Translations under genes and position numbers: made by a program
Notes under the pieces: model-generated
The model's database searches: none
Seen by the model: the letters and a program-made list of their open reading frames with translations, nothing else
What the model was told of the DNA's origin: nothing
Source of the DNA: Flavobacterium sp.
GTDB taxonomy: Bacteria > Bacteroidota > Bacteroidia > Flavobacteriales > Flavobacteriaceae
Assembly (NCBI RefSeq): GCF_965284515.1
Contig: NZ_OZ260089.1
Span: 1,797,301-1,861,300, forward strand
Length of the DNA stretch: 64,000 nucleotides
Direction: 5' to 3'
In this document: positions 30,733 to 39,834 of the stretch, in pieces
How the letters are laid out: every line of letters begins with the position of its first letter
Position numbering within the stretch: the first letter of the stretch is position 1

Positions 30733-33700
30733 TTATTTACTAACATATAAATATCCAGCCTTATCATGAGTTTTGTTTTCTTCATCAACATATTTTAATA
30801 TATAATAGTAAGTTCCATCTGGCACACCTTCATTTTTATTTAATGTTGACCTACCTTCTGATTGTCCTCTAAATGCATTTATGTTATTATCATAACCTTT
30901 AGTTTCATATATTAAAATACCCCACTTGTTATATATTTCAACCGTATTATTAGGATAACAATCTATTCCATCTATAAAGAAGAAATCATTTAATCCGTCG
31001 TTATTAGGTGAAACTGCATTATATATAGTTATATCACAAGCTGGTAAAACTATACAATCTTCATTAATATTCAAATACACTTCAAATATCATTGGGCAGT
31101 CATTATTTTCAGTGGAAACAATATACTGTAGTGTATAATATCCAACAGGAATATTTAACGGGTTAAAAATATTTTCATTTAAACCTCCAGTTTCACTTAA
31201 ATCTATCCATTCTCCATTTGTAGGAATTGAGCTACCCAATATAGTAAATAAATTAATAGGTTCTTCTTTAGTACAAATTCCAAACGGAATTGCATCAAAA
31301 GGATCATCAACTGTTACATTTATTGTTTGTGTAAATGTATCAAAATTACCGCAATTGTCACTTACATACCATTCTCTAACTATTATATACTCATAAATAG
31401 ATATTGTTGTCGTAACTTCTGAATAAACTACATCAGAAACACCTGAACAATTATCTGTGAATTCTAAATTAGGAATATCAGGAAGATTTGAACAATTTAC
31501 ATTTAATTCTTCATCAATTGGAGTTAATAATGTAGGAGGAGTAGAGTCATATACTGTAATTGTTTGAGTATAACTATTACTGTTTCCGCAATCATCAGTT
31601 ATTATCCATGTTCTAGAAATTGAATAATTTCCTGTACAATTTCCTTCACTAAAAGTTATTAGATCATTAACTGCTATATCAACATCTGAATCACAATTAT
31701 CACTGGCTTCAATTTCTGCAGGGCTTGGAATATCATCACAGGATACTGAAATATCGTTTGGTAATTCTGATGTAAAAATTGGGTCTGTAGTATCTTGAAT
31801 CGTAAATGTTGCTGAAGTAGTTGTATCGTTACCACAATCATCGGTAGCTGTGAAAGTAACAGTAACCGAACCAGAAGCCCCACAACCATCAGACACCGCT
31901 GAGAAGTCATTAGACCAAGTCACAGAAGAACAAACATCTGAAGCTGAAGCACCACCGTTTGCAGCCAACCAGTTGTTTAAATCAGAAATGTTTCCATTAC
32001 CATCACATTGTACTGTCAAATCTTGCGCTTGCACAGAAATGATTGGGTCTGTAGTATCTTGAATCGTAAAAGTAGCTGAAGTAGTTATATCGTTACCACA
32101 ATCATCGGTAGCTGTGAAAGTAACAGTAACCGAACCAGAAGCCCCACAACCATCAGACACCGCTGAGAAGTCATTAGACCAAGTCACAGAAGAACAAACA
32201 TCTGAAGCTGAAGCACCACCGTTTGCAGCCAACCAGTTGTTTAAATCAGAAATGTTTCCATTACCATCACATTGTACTGTTAAGTCTTGCGCTTGCACAG
32301 AAATGATTGGGTCTGTAGTATCTTGAATAGTAAAAGTAGCTGAAGTAGTTGTATCGTTACCACAATCATCGGTAGCTGTGAAAGTAACAGTAACAGTTCC
32401 AGTTGCCCCACAACCATCAGACACCGCTGAGAAGTCATTAGACCAAGTCACAGAAGAACAAACATCTGAAGCTGAAGCACCACCGTTTGCAGCCAACCAG
32501 TTGTTTAAATCAGAAATGTTTCCATTACCATCACATTGTACTGTCAAGTCTTGCGCTTGCACAGAAATGATTGGGTCTGTAGTATCTTGAATCGTAAAAG
32601 TAGCAGAAGTAGTTGTATCGTTACCACAATCATCGGTAGCTGTGAAAGTAATAGTAACCGAACCAGAAGCCCCACAGCCATCAGACACCGCTGAGAAGTC
32701 ATTGCTCCAAGTCACAGAAGAACAAACATCTGAAGCCGAAGCACCACCGTTTGCAGCCAACCAGTTGTTTAAATCAGAAATGTTTCCATTACCATCACAT
32801 TGCACTGTCAAGTCTTGCGCTTGCACAGAAATGATTGGGTCTGTAGTATCTTGAATCGTAAAAGTAGCAGAAGTAGTTGTATCGTTACCACAATCATCGG
32901 TAGCTGTGAAAGTAACAGTAACCGAACCAGAAGCCCCACAACCATCAGACACCGCTGAGAAGTCATTAGACCAAGTAACAGAAGAACAAACATCCGAAGC
33001 TGAAGCACCACCGTTTGAGTTTAACCAGTTGTTTAAATCAGAAATGTTTCCATTACCATCACATTGTACTGTTAAATCTTGCGCTTGCACAGAAATGATT
33101 GGGTCTGTAGTATCTTGAATCGTAAAAGTAGCTGAAGTAGTTATATCGTTACCACAATCATCGGTAGCTGTGAAAGTAACAGTAACCGAACCAGAAGCCC
33201 CACAACCATCAGACACCGCTGAGAAGTCATTAGACCAAGTCACAGAAGAACAAACATCTGAAGCTGAAGCACCACCGTTTGCAGCCAACCAGTTGTTTAA
33301 ATCAGAAATGTTTCCATTACCATCACATTGTACTGTCAAGTCTTGCGCTTGCACAGAAATGATTGGGTCTGTAGTATCTTGAATAGTAAAAGTAGCTGAA
33401 GTAGTTATATCGTTACCACAATCATCGGTAGCTGTGAAAGTAACAGTAACAGTTCCAGTTGCCCCACAACCATCAGACACCGCTGAGAAGTCATTAGACC
33501 AAGTCACAGAAGAACAAACATCTGAAGCTGAAGCACCACCGTTTGCAGCCAACCAGTTGTTTAAATCAGAAATGTTTCCATTACCATCACATTGTACTGT
33601 TAAGTCTTGCGCTTGCACAGAAATGATTGGGTCTGTAGTATCTTGAATCGTAAAAGTAGCTGAAGTAGTTGTATCGTTACCACAATCATCGGTAGCTGTG

Positions 33701-36700
33701 AAAGTAACAGTAACCGAACCAGAAGCCCCACAACCATCAGACACCGCTGAGAAGTCATTAGACCAAGTCACAGAAGAACAAACATCTGAAGCTGAAGCAC
33801 CACCGTTTGCAGCCAACCAGTTGTTTAAAACTGAAATGTTTCCATTACCATCACATTGTACTGTCAAATCTTGCGCTTGCACAGAAATGATTGGGTCTGT
33901 AGTATCTTGAATCGTAAAAGTAGCTGAAGTAGTTATATCGTTACCACAATCATCGGTAGCTGTGAAAGTAACAGTAACCGAACCAGAAGCCCCACAACCA
34001 TCAGACACCGCTGAGAAGTCATTAGACCAAGTCACAGAAGAACAAACATCTGAAGCTGAAGCACCACCGTTTGCAGCCAACCAGTTGTTTAAATCAGAAA
34101 TGTTTCCATTACCATCACATTGTACTGTTAAGTCTTGCGCTTGCACAGAAATGATTGGGTCTGTAGTATCTTGAATAGTAAAAGTAGCTGAAGTAGTTGT
34201 ATCGTTACCACAATCATCGGTAGCTGTGAAAGTAACAGTAACAGTTCCAGTTGCCCCACAACCATCAGACACCGCTGAGAAGTCATTAGACCAAGTCACA
34301 GAAGAACAAACATCTGAAGCTGAAGCACCACCGTTTGCAGCCAACCAGTTGTTTAAATCAGAAATGTTTCCATTACCATCACATTGTACTGTCAAGTCTT
34401 GCGCTTGCACAGAAATGATTGGGTCTGTAGTATCTTGAATCGTAAAAGTAGCAGAAGTAGTTGTATCGTTACCACAATCATCGGTAGCTGTGAAAGTAAC
34501 AGTAACCGAACCAGAAGCCCCACAACCATCAGACACCGCTGAGAAGTCATTAGACCAAGTAACAGAAGAACAAACATCCGAAGCTGAAGCACCACCGTTT
34601 GCAGCCAACCAGTTATTTAAATCAGAAATGTTTCCATTTCCATCACATTGCACCGTTAAGTCAGCCGCTTGCACAGAAATGATTGGGTCTGTAGTATCTT
34701 GAATCGTAAAAGTAGCTGAAGTAGTTGTATCGTTACCACAATCATCGGTAGCTGTGAAAGTAACAGTAACCGAACCAGAAGCCCCACAACCATCAGACAC
34801 CGCTGAGAAGTCATTAGACCAAGTAACAGAAGAACAAACATCCGAAGCTGAAGCACCACCGTTTGCAGCCAACCAGTTATTTAAATCAGAAATGTTTCCA
34901 TTACCATCACATTGTACTGTTAAGTCTTGAGCTTGCACAGAAATGATTGGATCTGTAGTATCTTGAATCGTAAAAGTAGCTGAAGTAGTTGTATCGTTAC
35001 CACAATCATCGGTAGCTGTGAAAGTAACAGTAACCGAACCAGAAGCTCCACAACCATCAGAAACACTAGAGAAGTCATTTGACCAAGTTACAGACGAACA
35101 AACATCTGAAGCCGAAGCACCACCGTTTGCAGCCAACCAGTTATTTAAATCAGAAATGTTTCCATTACCATCACATTGTACTGTTAAGTCTTGCGCTTGC
35201 ACAGAAATGATTGGATCTGTAGTATCTTGAATCGTAAAAGTAGCTGAAGTAGTTGTATCGTTACCACAATCATCGGTAGCTGTGAAAGTAACAGTAACCG
35301 AACCAGAAGCCCCACAACCATCAGACACCGCTGAGAAGTCATTTGACCAAGTCACAGACGAACAAACATCTGAAGCTGAAGCACCACCGTTTGCAGCTAA
35401 CCAGTTATTTAAATCAGAAATGTTTCCATTACCATCACATTGTACTGTTAAGTCTTGAGCTTGCACAGAAATGATTGGATCTGTAGTATCTTGAATCGTA
35501 AAAGTAGCTGAAGTAGTTGTATCGTTACCACAATCATCGGTAGCTGTGAAAGTAACAGTAACCGAACCAGAAGCTCCACAACCATCAGACACCGCTGAGA
35601 AGTCATTAGACCAAGTCACAGAAGAACAAACATCTGAAGCTGAAGCACCACCGTTTGCAGCCAACCAGTTGTTTAAATCAGAAATGTTTCCATTACCATC
35701 ACATTGTACTGTTAAGTCTTGCGCTTGCACAGAAATGATTGGGTCTGTAGTATCTTGAATCGTAAAAGTAGCTGAAGTAGTTGTATCGTTACCACAATCA
35801 TCGGTAGCTGTGAAAGTAACAGTAACCGAACCAGAAGCTCCACAACCATCAGACACCGCTGAGAAGTCATTAGACCAAGTCACAGAAGAACAAACATCTG
35901 AAGCTGAAGCACCACCGTTTGCAGCCAACCAGTTGTTTAAAACTGAAATGTTTCCATTACCATCACATTGTACTGTTAAGTCTTGCGCTTGCACAGAAAT
36001 GATTGGGTCTGTAGTATCTTGAATCGTAAATGTTGCTGAAGTAGTTGTATCGTTACCACAATCATCGGTAGCTGTGAAAGTAACAGTAACCGAACCAGAA
36101 GCCCCACAACCATCAGACACCGCTGAGAAGTCATTGCTCCAAGTCACAGAAGAACAAACATCTGAAGCTGAAGCACCACCGTTTGCAGCCAACCAGTTGT
36201 TTAAATCTGAAATGTTTCCATTACCATCACATTGTACTGTTAAGTCTTGCGCTTGCACAGAAATGATTGGGTCTGTAGTATCTTGAATCGTAAAAGTTTG
36301 AATTAATTCGACATCAGAACAACTCGTTACAATATTATATTTTCTATTAACAGTTATTGGACAGCTTCCAGACTGACTATCTTGGTATGTAATTGTATAG
36401 GTTAGGTTTGAATTTGAAACTGTTCCGCCAGCATTTAAAAAATCTTGTAATGTAATTGAAACTGGTGTTTCAGAATACACTAATGGTGAAATAGCACTAG
36501 TATTACACCCATTTATATTTGCTATAGATGGAATTGATACAGTTGGGCTTACAATAATTGTGATTGTAAAAGTATGAAAACAATTATTTGTATTAGGAGG
36601 TACTGCATAATATGTAGTTGTTCCTAATGTTGAAGGAAAAGGATTTGATGAATTATATTCAATTGAATTATTTGTAATTGGAAATTCATTATAAAACTTA

Positions 36701-38496
36701 GTTCCATTTGGGTAGTTAGTAGAAATATCTGTTACAGGAATTGGAGAATTTGTATTACAAAAAGTAAAAGCTAAAGTTGTATTTGTGTTTTGACAATTTT
36801 GATTAATATAACTTCCAGAATTAATACTGACAATTATCGGATCAGTAATAGGATCTCCTAAACAAGTTCCTGTTGTTTGGTAACCCTGTATAAATGGTTT
36901 TTCATTAAAAATGATACCAGTAATTGCCCCCATACCACTTATATATCCATATAGAGGAATGTTCGGGGTACAATTTGGATTACTTAAAATAAAACAATCT
37001 TCAGTTACTTTTATTTTAAATTTTAATTCACCAAGTATATCAGTAGGGCTATTTGGAACTGGTAAAGTACCAATATCCCATACTAATGTTCCGTTACTTC
37101 CCATTGAAGGATTAAAAATCAAATTATTAGGAGTTGGAAGAGGTATAAAATTAATTGTTCCGCTCTCTGAACCACTAACAAAACTTGTTGGATATGGAAT
37201 TTCTATTTTAATCTTAGTGTTTGCTACTGGCTCAGTACCTTCATTTAAAATTTTAATAGAATATTCTAATTCTTCTCCAGGTAAAGCAGTTAAACCACCA
37301 TTTGCGGGTTGTCCATTAATAGTGATTAGAGACATAACTCCTTCAGCATCTGGTATATATGCGTCAACAGCTAAAGCTGCTAAAAAAATCACGTACGTAT
37401 CTTGAGTTGATCCGTATCTAAGAGTTGTAGAAGTTTGATTGTTTGCAATTATAGTATTTCCAGTATTTGGAATATCGAACATTGAAATATCTAATCCTGT
37501 GTTATTTTGTAAGTTTGGATTTCTAAAATTACCTCCTGTTTGAATGGATGAATTAAAAAAGTTTGTAGTTGTATTTCCATTATGTGTTAAAGGCTCCCAT
37601 GTATTAGTGCTAGATTTTAATATGTTAAAATAATCTCCACTAATACCTACATCACCTTCACCTGCCATTAACCCTAATTTAACATTTACTTGTCCGGTTT
37701 GAACAGCATTAAAACCAGAAATAGGAATTTGATGATTAATAGTTGTATTTCCTTGAACATATGCATGACCGTCAAAAACAGTTATGTCTCTCCATTTCAT
37801 TTTAGAATTCTCATAAATAACAATAATTCCCCAACCTCCATAATACCCAGTTCCTCCACCATTTCCCTCAATCAATGCTATATCGGCAACGGTGTATTCT
37901 CCTAGTCCATTTGCTTTTACGTATGTTGTTATATCTGCGTATGCTGAATACATAAAACCATCTGAATTTGTTGGGTAGTATATATCATTTTGTCCAGCAG
38001 TTATAGTTGTATAACTTGATGAATTTGGACCTTTTAAAGAAACCTTTCTCTTGTTAAAAGTTTTAGTGATAGAGTTTTTAGTTACATCAAAAATATCTGG
38101 ACTACTTGAACCATTAGATGACCTTCCTGTCCAATACAATCCTGCAAATACAACATTAGTACAATTTGGATTTGCACCATTTTCATTTGAATAAGTTAAT
38201 GTAGCTGAAGATGAATTGAAAGTTGTATTATCAGTATCAACATCAACATATTGCATTGTGTTGTTACTATTATTAGTGCTGTTTCCGTAAGAGCTTAGGG
38301 TTAAGTTAGTATTTCCAATCAATGAAAAATCCCCTTTAACATGATGAATAGTGGTACCGGGACTAGTAACAGGAGTTCTTGGGTTAAAATTAACCCTAAC
38401 TTGTCCATTACTATTTAAAGCACATAATAATGTTATTATTAATAAAAAATTAAAATGTATAGCTTTTATTCTGTGGTCAAAAGTATTTTTTTTCAT
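30733..38496 (-). CDS. Giant T9SS type B cargo (SprB-like adhesin) with 17 tandem HYR-like repeats
   Basis: 2587 aa. Signal peptide; N-terminal GDFSLIGNT...AGLYW domain; DUF11-like segment; 17 x 88-aa repeats; C-terminal IYNAVSPNNDGLND...YNKWG...GTYYYIL...GYLY type B CTD. Adjacent to PorP/SprF. Confidence 0.9.
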   Translation of the reverse strand: MKKNTFDHRIKAIHFNFLLIITLLCALNSNGQVRVNFNPRTPVTSPGTTIHHVKGDFSLIGNTNLTLSSYGNSTNNSNNTMQYVDVDTDNTTFNSSSATLTYSNENGANPNCTNVVFAGLYWTGRSSNGSSSPDIFDVTKNSITKTFNKRKVSLKGPNSSSYTTITAGQNDIYYPTNSDGFMYSAYADITTYVKANGLGEYTVADIALIEGNGGGTGYYGGWGIIVIYENSKMKWRDITVFDGHAYVQGNTTINHQIPISGFNAVQTGQVNVKLGLMAGEGDVGISGDYFNILKSSTNTWEPLTHNGNTTTNFFNSSIQTGGNFRNPNLQNNTGLDISMFDIPNTGNTIIANNQTSTTLRYGSTQDTYVIFLAALAVDAYIPDAEGVMSLITINGQPANGGLTALPGEELEYSIKILNEGTEPVANTKIKIEIPYPTSFVSGSESGTINFIPLPTPNNLIFNPSMGSNGTLVWDIGTLPVPNSPTDILGELKFKIKVTEDCFILSNPNCTPNIPLYGYISGMGAITGIIFNEKPFIQGYQTTGTCLGDPITDPIIVSINSGSYINQNCQNTNTTLAFTFCNTNSPIPVTDISTNYPNGTKFYNEFPITNNSIEYNSSNPFPSTLGTTTYYAVPPNTNNCFHTFTITIIVSPTVSIPSIANINGCNTSAISPLVYSETPVSITLQDFLNAGGTVSNSNLTYTITYQDSQSGSCPITVNRKYNIVTSCSDVELIQTFTIQDTTDPIISVQAQDLTVQCDGNGNISDLNNWLAANGGASASDVCSSVTWSNDFSAVSDGCGASGSVTVTFTATDDCGNDTTTSATFTIQDTTDPIISVQAQDLTVQCDGNGNISVLNNWLAANGGASASDVCSSVTWSNDFSAVSDGCGASGSVTVTFTATDDCGNDTTTSATFTIQDTTDPIISVQAQDLTVQCDGNGNISDLNNWLAANGGASASDVCSSVTWSNDFSAVSDGCGASGSVTVTFTATDDCGNDTTTSATFTIQDTTDPIISVQAQDLTVQCDGNGNISDLNNWLAANGGASASDVCSSVTWSNDFSAVSDGCGASGSVTVTFTATDDCGNDTTTSATFTIQDTTDPIISVQAQDLTVQCDGNGNISDLNNWLAANGGASASDVCSSVTWSNDFSSVSDGCGASGSVTVTFTATDDCGNDTTTSATFTIQDTTDPIISVQAQDLTVQCDGNGNISDLNNWLAANGGASASDVCSSVTWSNDFSAVSDGCGASGSVTVTFTATDDCGNDTTTSATFTIQDTTDPIISVQAADLTVQCDGNGNISDLNNWLAANGGASASDVCSSVTWSNDFSAVSDGCGASGSVTVTFTATDDCGNDTTTSATFTIQDTTDPIISVQAQDLTVQCDGNGNISDLNNWLAANGGASASDVCSSVTWSNDFSAVSDGCGATGTVTVTFTATDDCGNDTTTSATFTIQDTTDPIISVQAQDLTVQCDGNGNISDLNNWLAANGGASASDVCSSVTWSNDFSAVSDGCGASGSVTVTFTATDDCGNDITTSATFTIQDTTDPIISVQAQDLTVQCDGNGNISVLNNWLAANGGASASDVCSSVTWSNDFSAVSDGCGASGSVTVTFTATDDCGNDTTTSATFTIQDTTDPIISVQAQDLTVQCDGNGNISDLNNWLAANGGASASDVCSSVTWSNDFSAVSDGCGATGTVTVTFTATDDCGNDITTSATFTIQDTTDPIISVQAQDLTVQCDGNGNISDLNNWLAANGGASASDVCSSVTWSNDFSAVSDGCGASGSVTVTFTATDDCGNDITTSATFTIQDTTDPIISVQAQDLTVQCDGNGNISDLNNWLNSNGGASASDVCSSVTWSNDFSAVSDGCGASGSVTVTFTATDDCGNDTTTSATFTIQDTTDPIISVQAQDLTVQCDGNGNISDLNNWLAANGGASASDVCSSVTWSNDFSAVSDGCGASGSVTITFTATDDCGNDTTTSATFTIQDTTDPIISVQAQDLTVQCDGNGNISDLNNWLAANGGASASDVCSSVTWSNDFSAVSDGCGATGTVTVTFTATDDCGNDTTTSATFTIQDTTDPIISVQAQDLTVQCDGNGNISDLNNWLAANGGASASDVCSSVTWSNDFSAVSDGCGASGSVTVTFTATDDCGNDITTSATFTIQDTTDPIISVQAQDLTVQCDGNGNISDLNNWLAANGGASASDVCSSVTWSNDFSAVSDGCGASGSVTVTFTATDDCGNDTTTSATFTIQDTTDPIFTSELPNDISVSCDDIPSPAEIEASDNCDSDVDIAVNDLITFSEGNCTGNYSISRTWIITDDCGNSNSYTQTITVYDSTPPTLLTPIDEELNVNCSNLPDIPNLEFTDNCSGVSDVVYSEVTTTISIYEYIIVREWYVSDNCGNFDTFTQTINVTVDDPFDAIPFGICTKEEPINLFTILGSSIPTNGEWIDLSETGGLNENIFNPLNIPVGYYTLQYIVSTENNDCPMIFEVYLNINEDCIVLPACDITIYNAVSPNNDGLNDFFFIDGIDCYPNNTVEIYNKWGILIYETKGYDNNINAFRGQSEGRSTLNKNEGVPDGTYYYILKYVDEENKTHDKAGYLYVSK
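31781..36296. repeat. Tandem repeat array, 17 complete 264-bp units
   Basis: gggtctgtagtatcttgaat recurs from 31781 to 36269; 4488 bp = 17 x 264. Units differ by only a few substitutions. Confidence 0.97.
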
Positions 38497-38511
38497 AATA
38501 AAGCAGATTTT

Positions 38512-38979
38512 TTATTGAGGAATTTCAATTTGATATGTTATTACCCAATTATTATTGGAATTATTAAATATATCTTCTAAAGTATTTTCATCTATTTGTT
38601 TTTCAACGATGAAATGAATTATCTCTAATGAATTGAATTGATTTAGTGGAGCTAGATTTAACGACACTATATCTTCATTGATTTTGATAATTAAAAATCT
38701 TATGTTGTTTGTATTACTATTGCTAATTCTATTTAAAATACTTATATTGGATAATTCAATTTCAGCAATGAAATTAAAATTATGCGAAGAATTCATTGAA
38801 TTGTTTAGCATTGTAATATCTTGACTATTAATAGCATCAAGAACAGCAATTCTATTTGAGTCTTTAGAATCGCATTTGTTTATATTAATCACATTCTGTG
38901 TATATGATACCTGTGTTCCTATAACTATAAACAATAGTATGCTTACTATTGAAAATTTAAAATGTATTACTTTTTTCAT
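38512..38979 (-). CDS. Small secreted hypothetical protein heading the adhesin cassette
   Basis: Signal-peptide-like N-terminus from the second Met (MKKVIHF); Asn/Ile-rich; ends 15 nt before the adhesin ATG. Confidence 0.7.
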   Translation of the reverse strand: MKKVIHFKFSIVSILLFIVIGTQVSYTQNVININKCDSKDSNRIAVLDAINSQDITMLNNSMNSSHNFNFIAEIELSNISILNRISNSNTNNIRFLIIKINEDIVSLNLAPLNQFNSLEIIHFIVEKQIDENTLEDIFNNSNNNWVITYQIEIPQ

Positions 38980-39327
38980 ATCAATGCTTTTTTTGGTTAA
39001 CACATCAAAATGAGTAAATAGTTAACGGTAAACTGGGGATTCAGATTTTAGAAGGTTTTTTTGATTTTTGGGGTAAAAAACGGTACTGTTAAATTAATTA
39101 AGAGTTACTGAGTTTAGAATTCAATTAAAGTAAATTAGGTTTTTACTTTTGGGATTATTTACATTTTATTTAGCTAAATTACTAAAACTGTATAAGTTAT
39201 GTACAAGTATTTATACCTATATCGATGAATGGTACTTGAAAATCTATGAAACAACAATAAAAGTGTTAAAATTTAACATTATATGTAAAAAAAAATAACT
39301 TTCTTTATAGTAATTAATATATTTTTT

Positions 39328-39834
39328 ATGAAAAACTTAATTATTGTTCGCCATTCTAAATCAAGTTGGGAGTTGCCTTTAAATGATATTGATAGACCAT
39401 TATCAAAAAGAGGAATTCATAATGCTCATTTTATTGCCACAAAAATTCAAGATTTGTTACCAAAATCATTTGTTATTTGGAGTAGTAATGCAAAAAGAGC
39501 TAGAGAAACCGCAATGATTTTTTCTCAAAATTTATTAATTAACTACGAAAACATCATAATTAAAGAGGAACTTTACACTTTTGATGAGATAAATTTGGAG
39601 GAAATCATAAAAAAATGTGAAAATATGTACGATAATCTAATTCTTTTTGGACATAATGAAGCTATTACAAAATTTGTTAATAAATTTGGAGACCTTTTTA
39701 TAAATAATGTTCCAACATCTGGAGTGGTTTCTATGCAATTTGATATAGATGATTGGACTAAATTAAAAAAAGGAAAAATTATTAAATCTGTTTTTCCAAG
39801 TCATTACAAACATGAACAATACAAATCCGAATAA
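39328..39834 (+). CDS. sixA: SixA-type phosphohistidine phosphatase
   Basis: IIVRHSKS, DRPLSKRG, SNAKRARET, LFGHNE. Confidence 0.88.
   Translation: MKNLIIVRHSKSSWELPLNDIDRPLSKRGIHNAHFIATKIQDLLPKSFVIWSSNAKRARETAMIFSQNLLINYENIIIKEELYTFDEINLEEIIKKCENMYDNLILFGHNEAITKFVNKFGDLFINNVPTSGVVSMQFDIDDWTKLKKGKIIKSVFPSHYKHEQYKSE

Noticed and set aside
31850-36286. Series of 70-aa plus-strand ORFs and 67-aa minus-strand alternate-frame ORFs
   Set aside because: They recur at the 264-bp period of the adhesin repeats and are shadow frames with no independent start signals.
31781-36296. Repeat array as CRISPR or diversity-generating retroelement
   Set aside because: Units are contiguous, in frame and have no unique spacers. 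Variation is not adenine-specific, and no cas or reverse transcriptase gene is present.
36911-37405. 164-aa plus-strand ORF and other antisense ORFs (e.g. 24936-25355, 15811-16191, 3118-3450)
   Set aside because: All lie opposite well-supported genes, with no recognisable motifs or expression signals.
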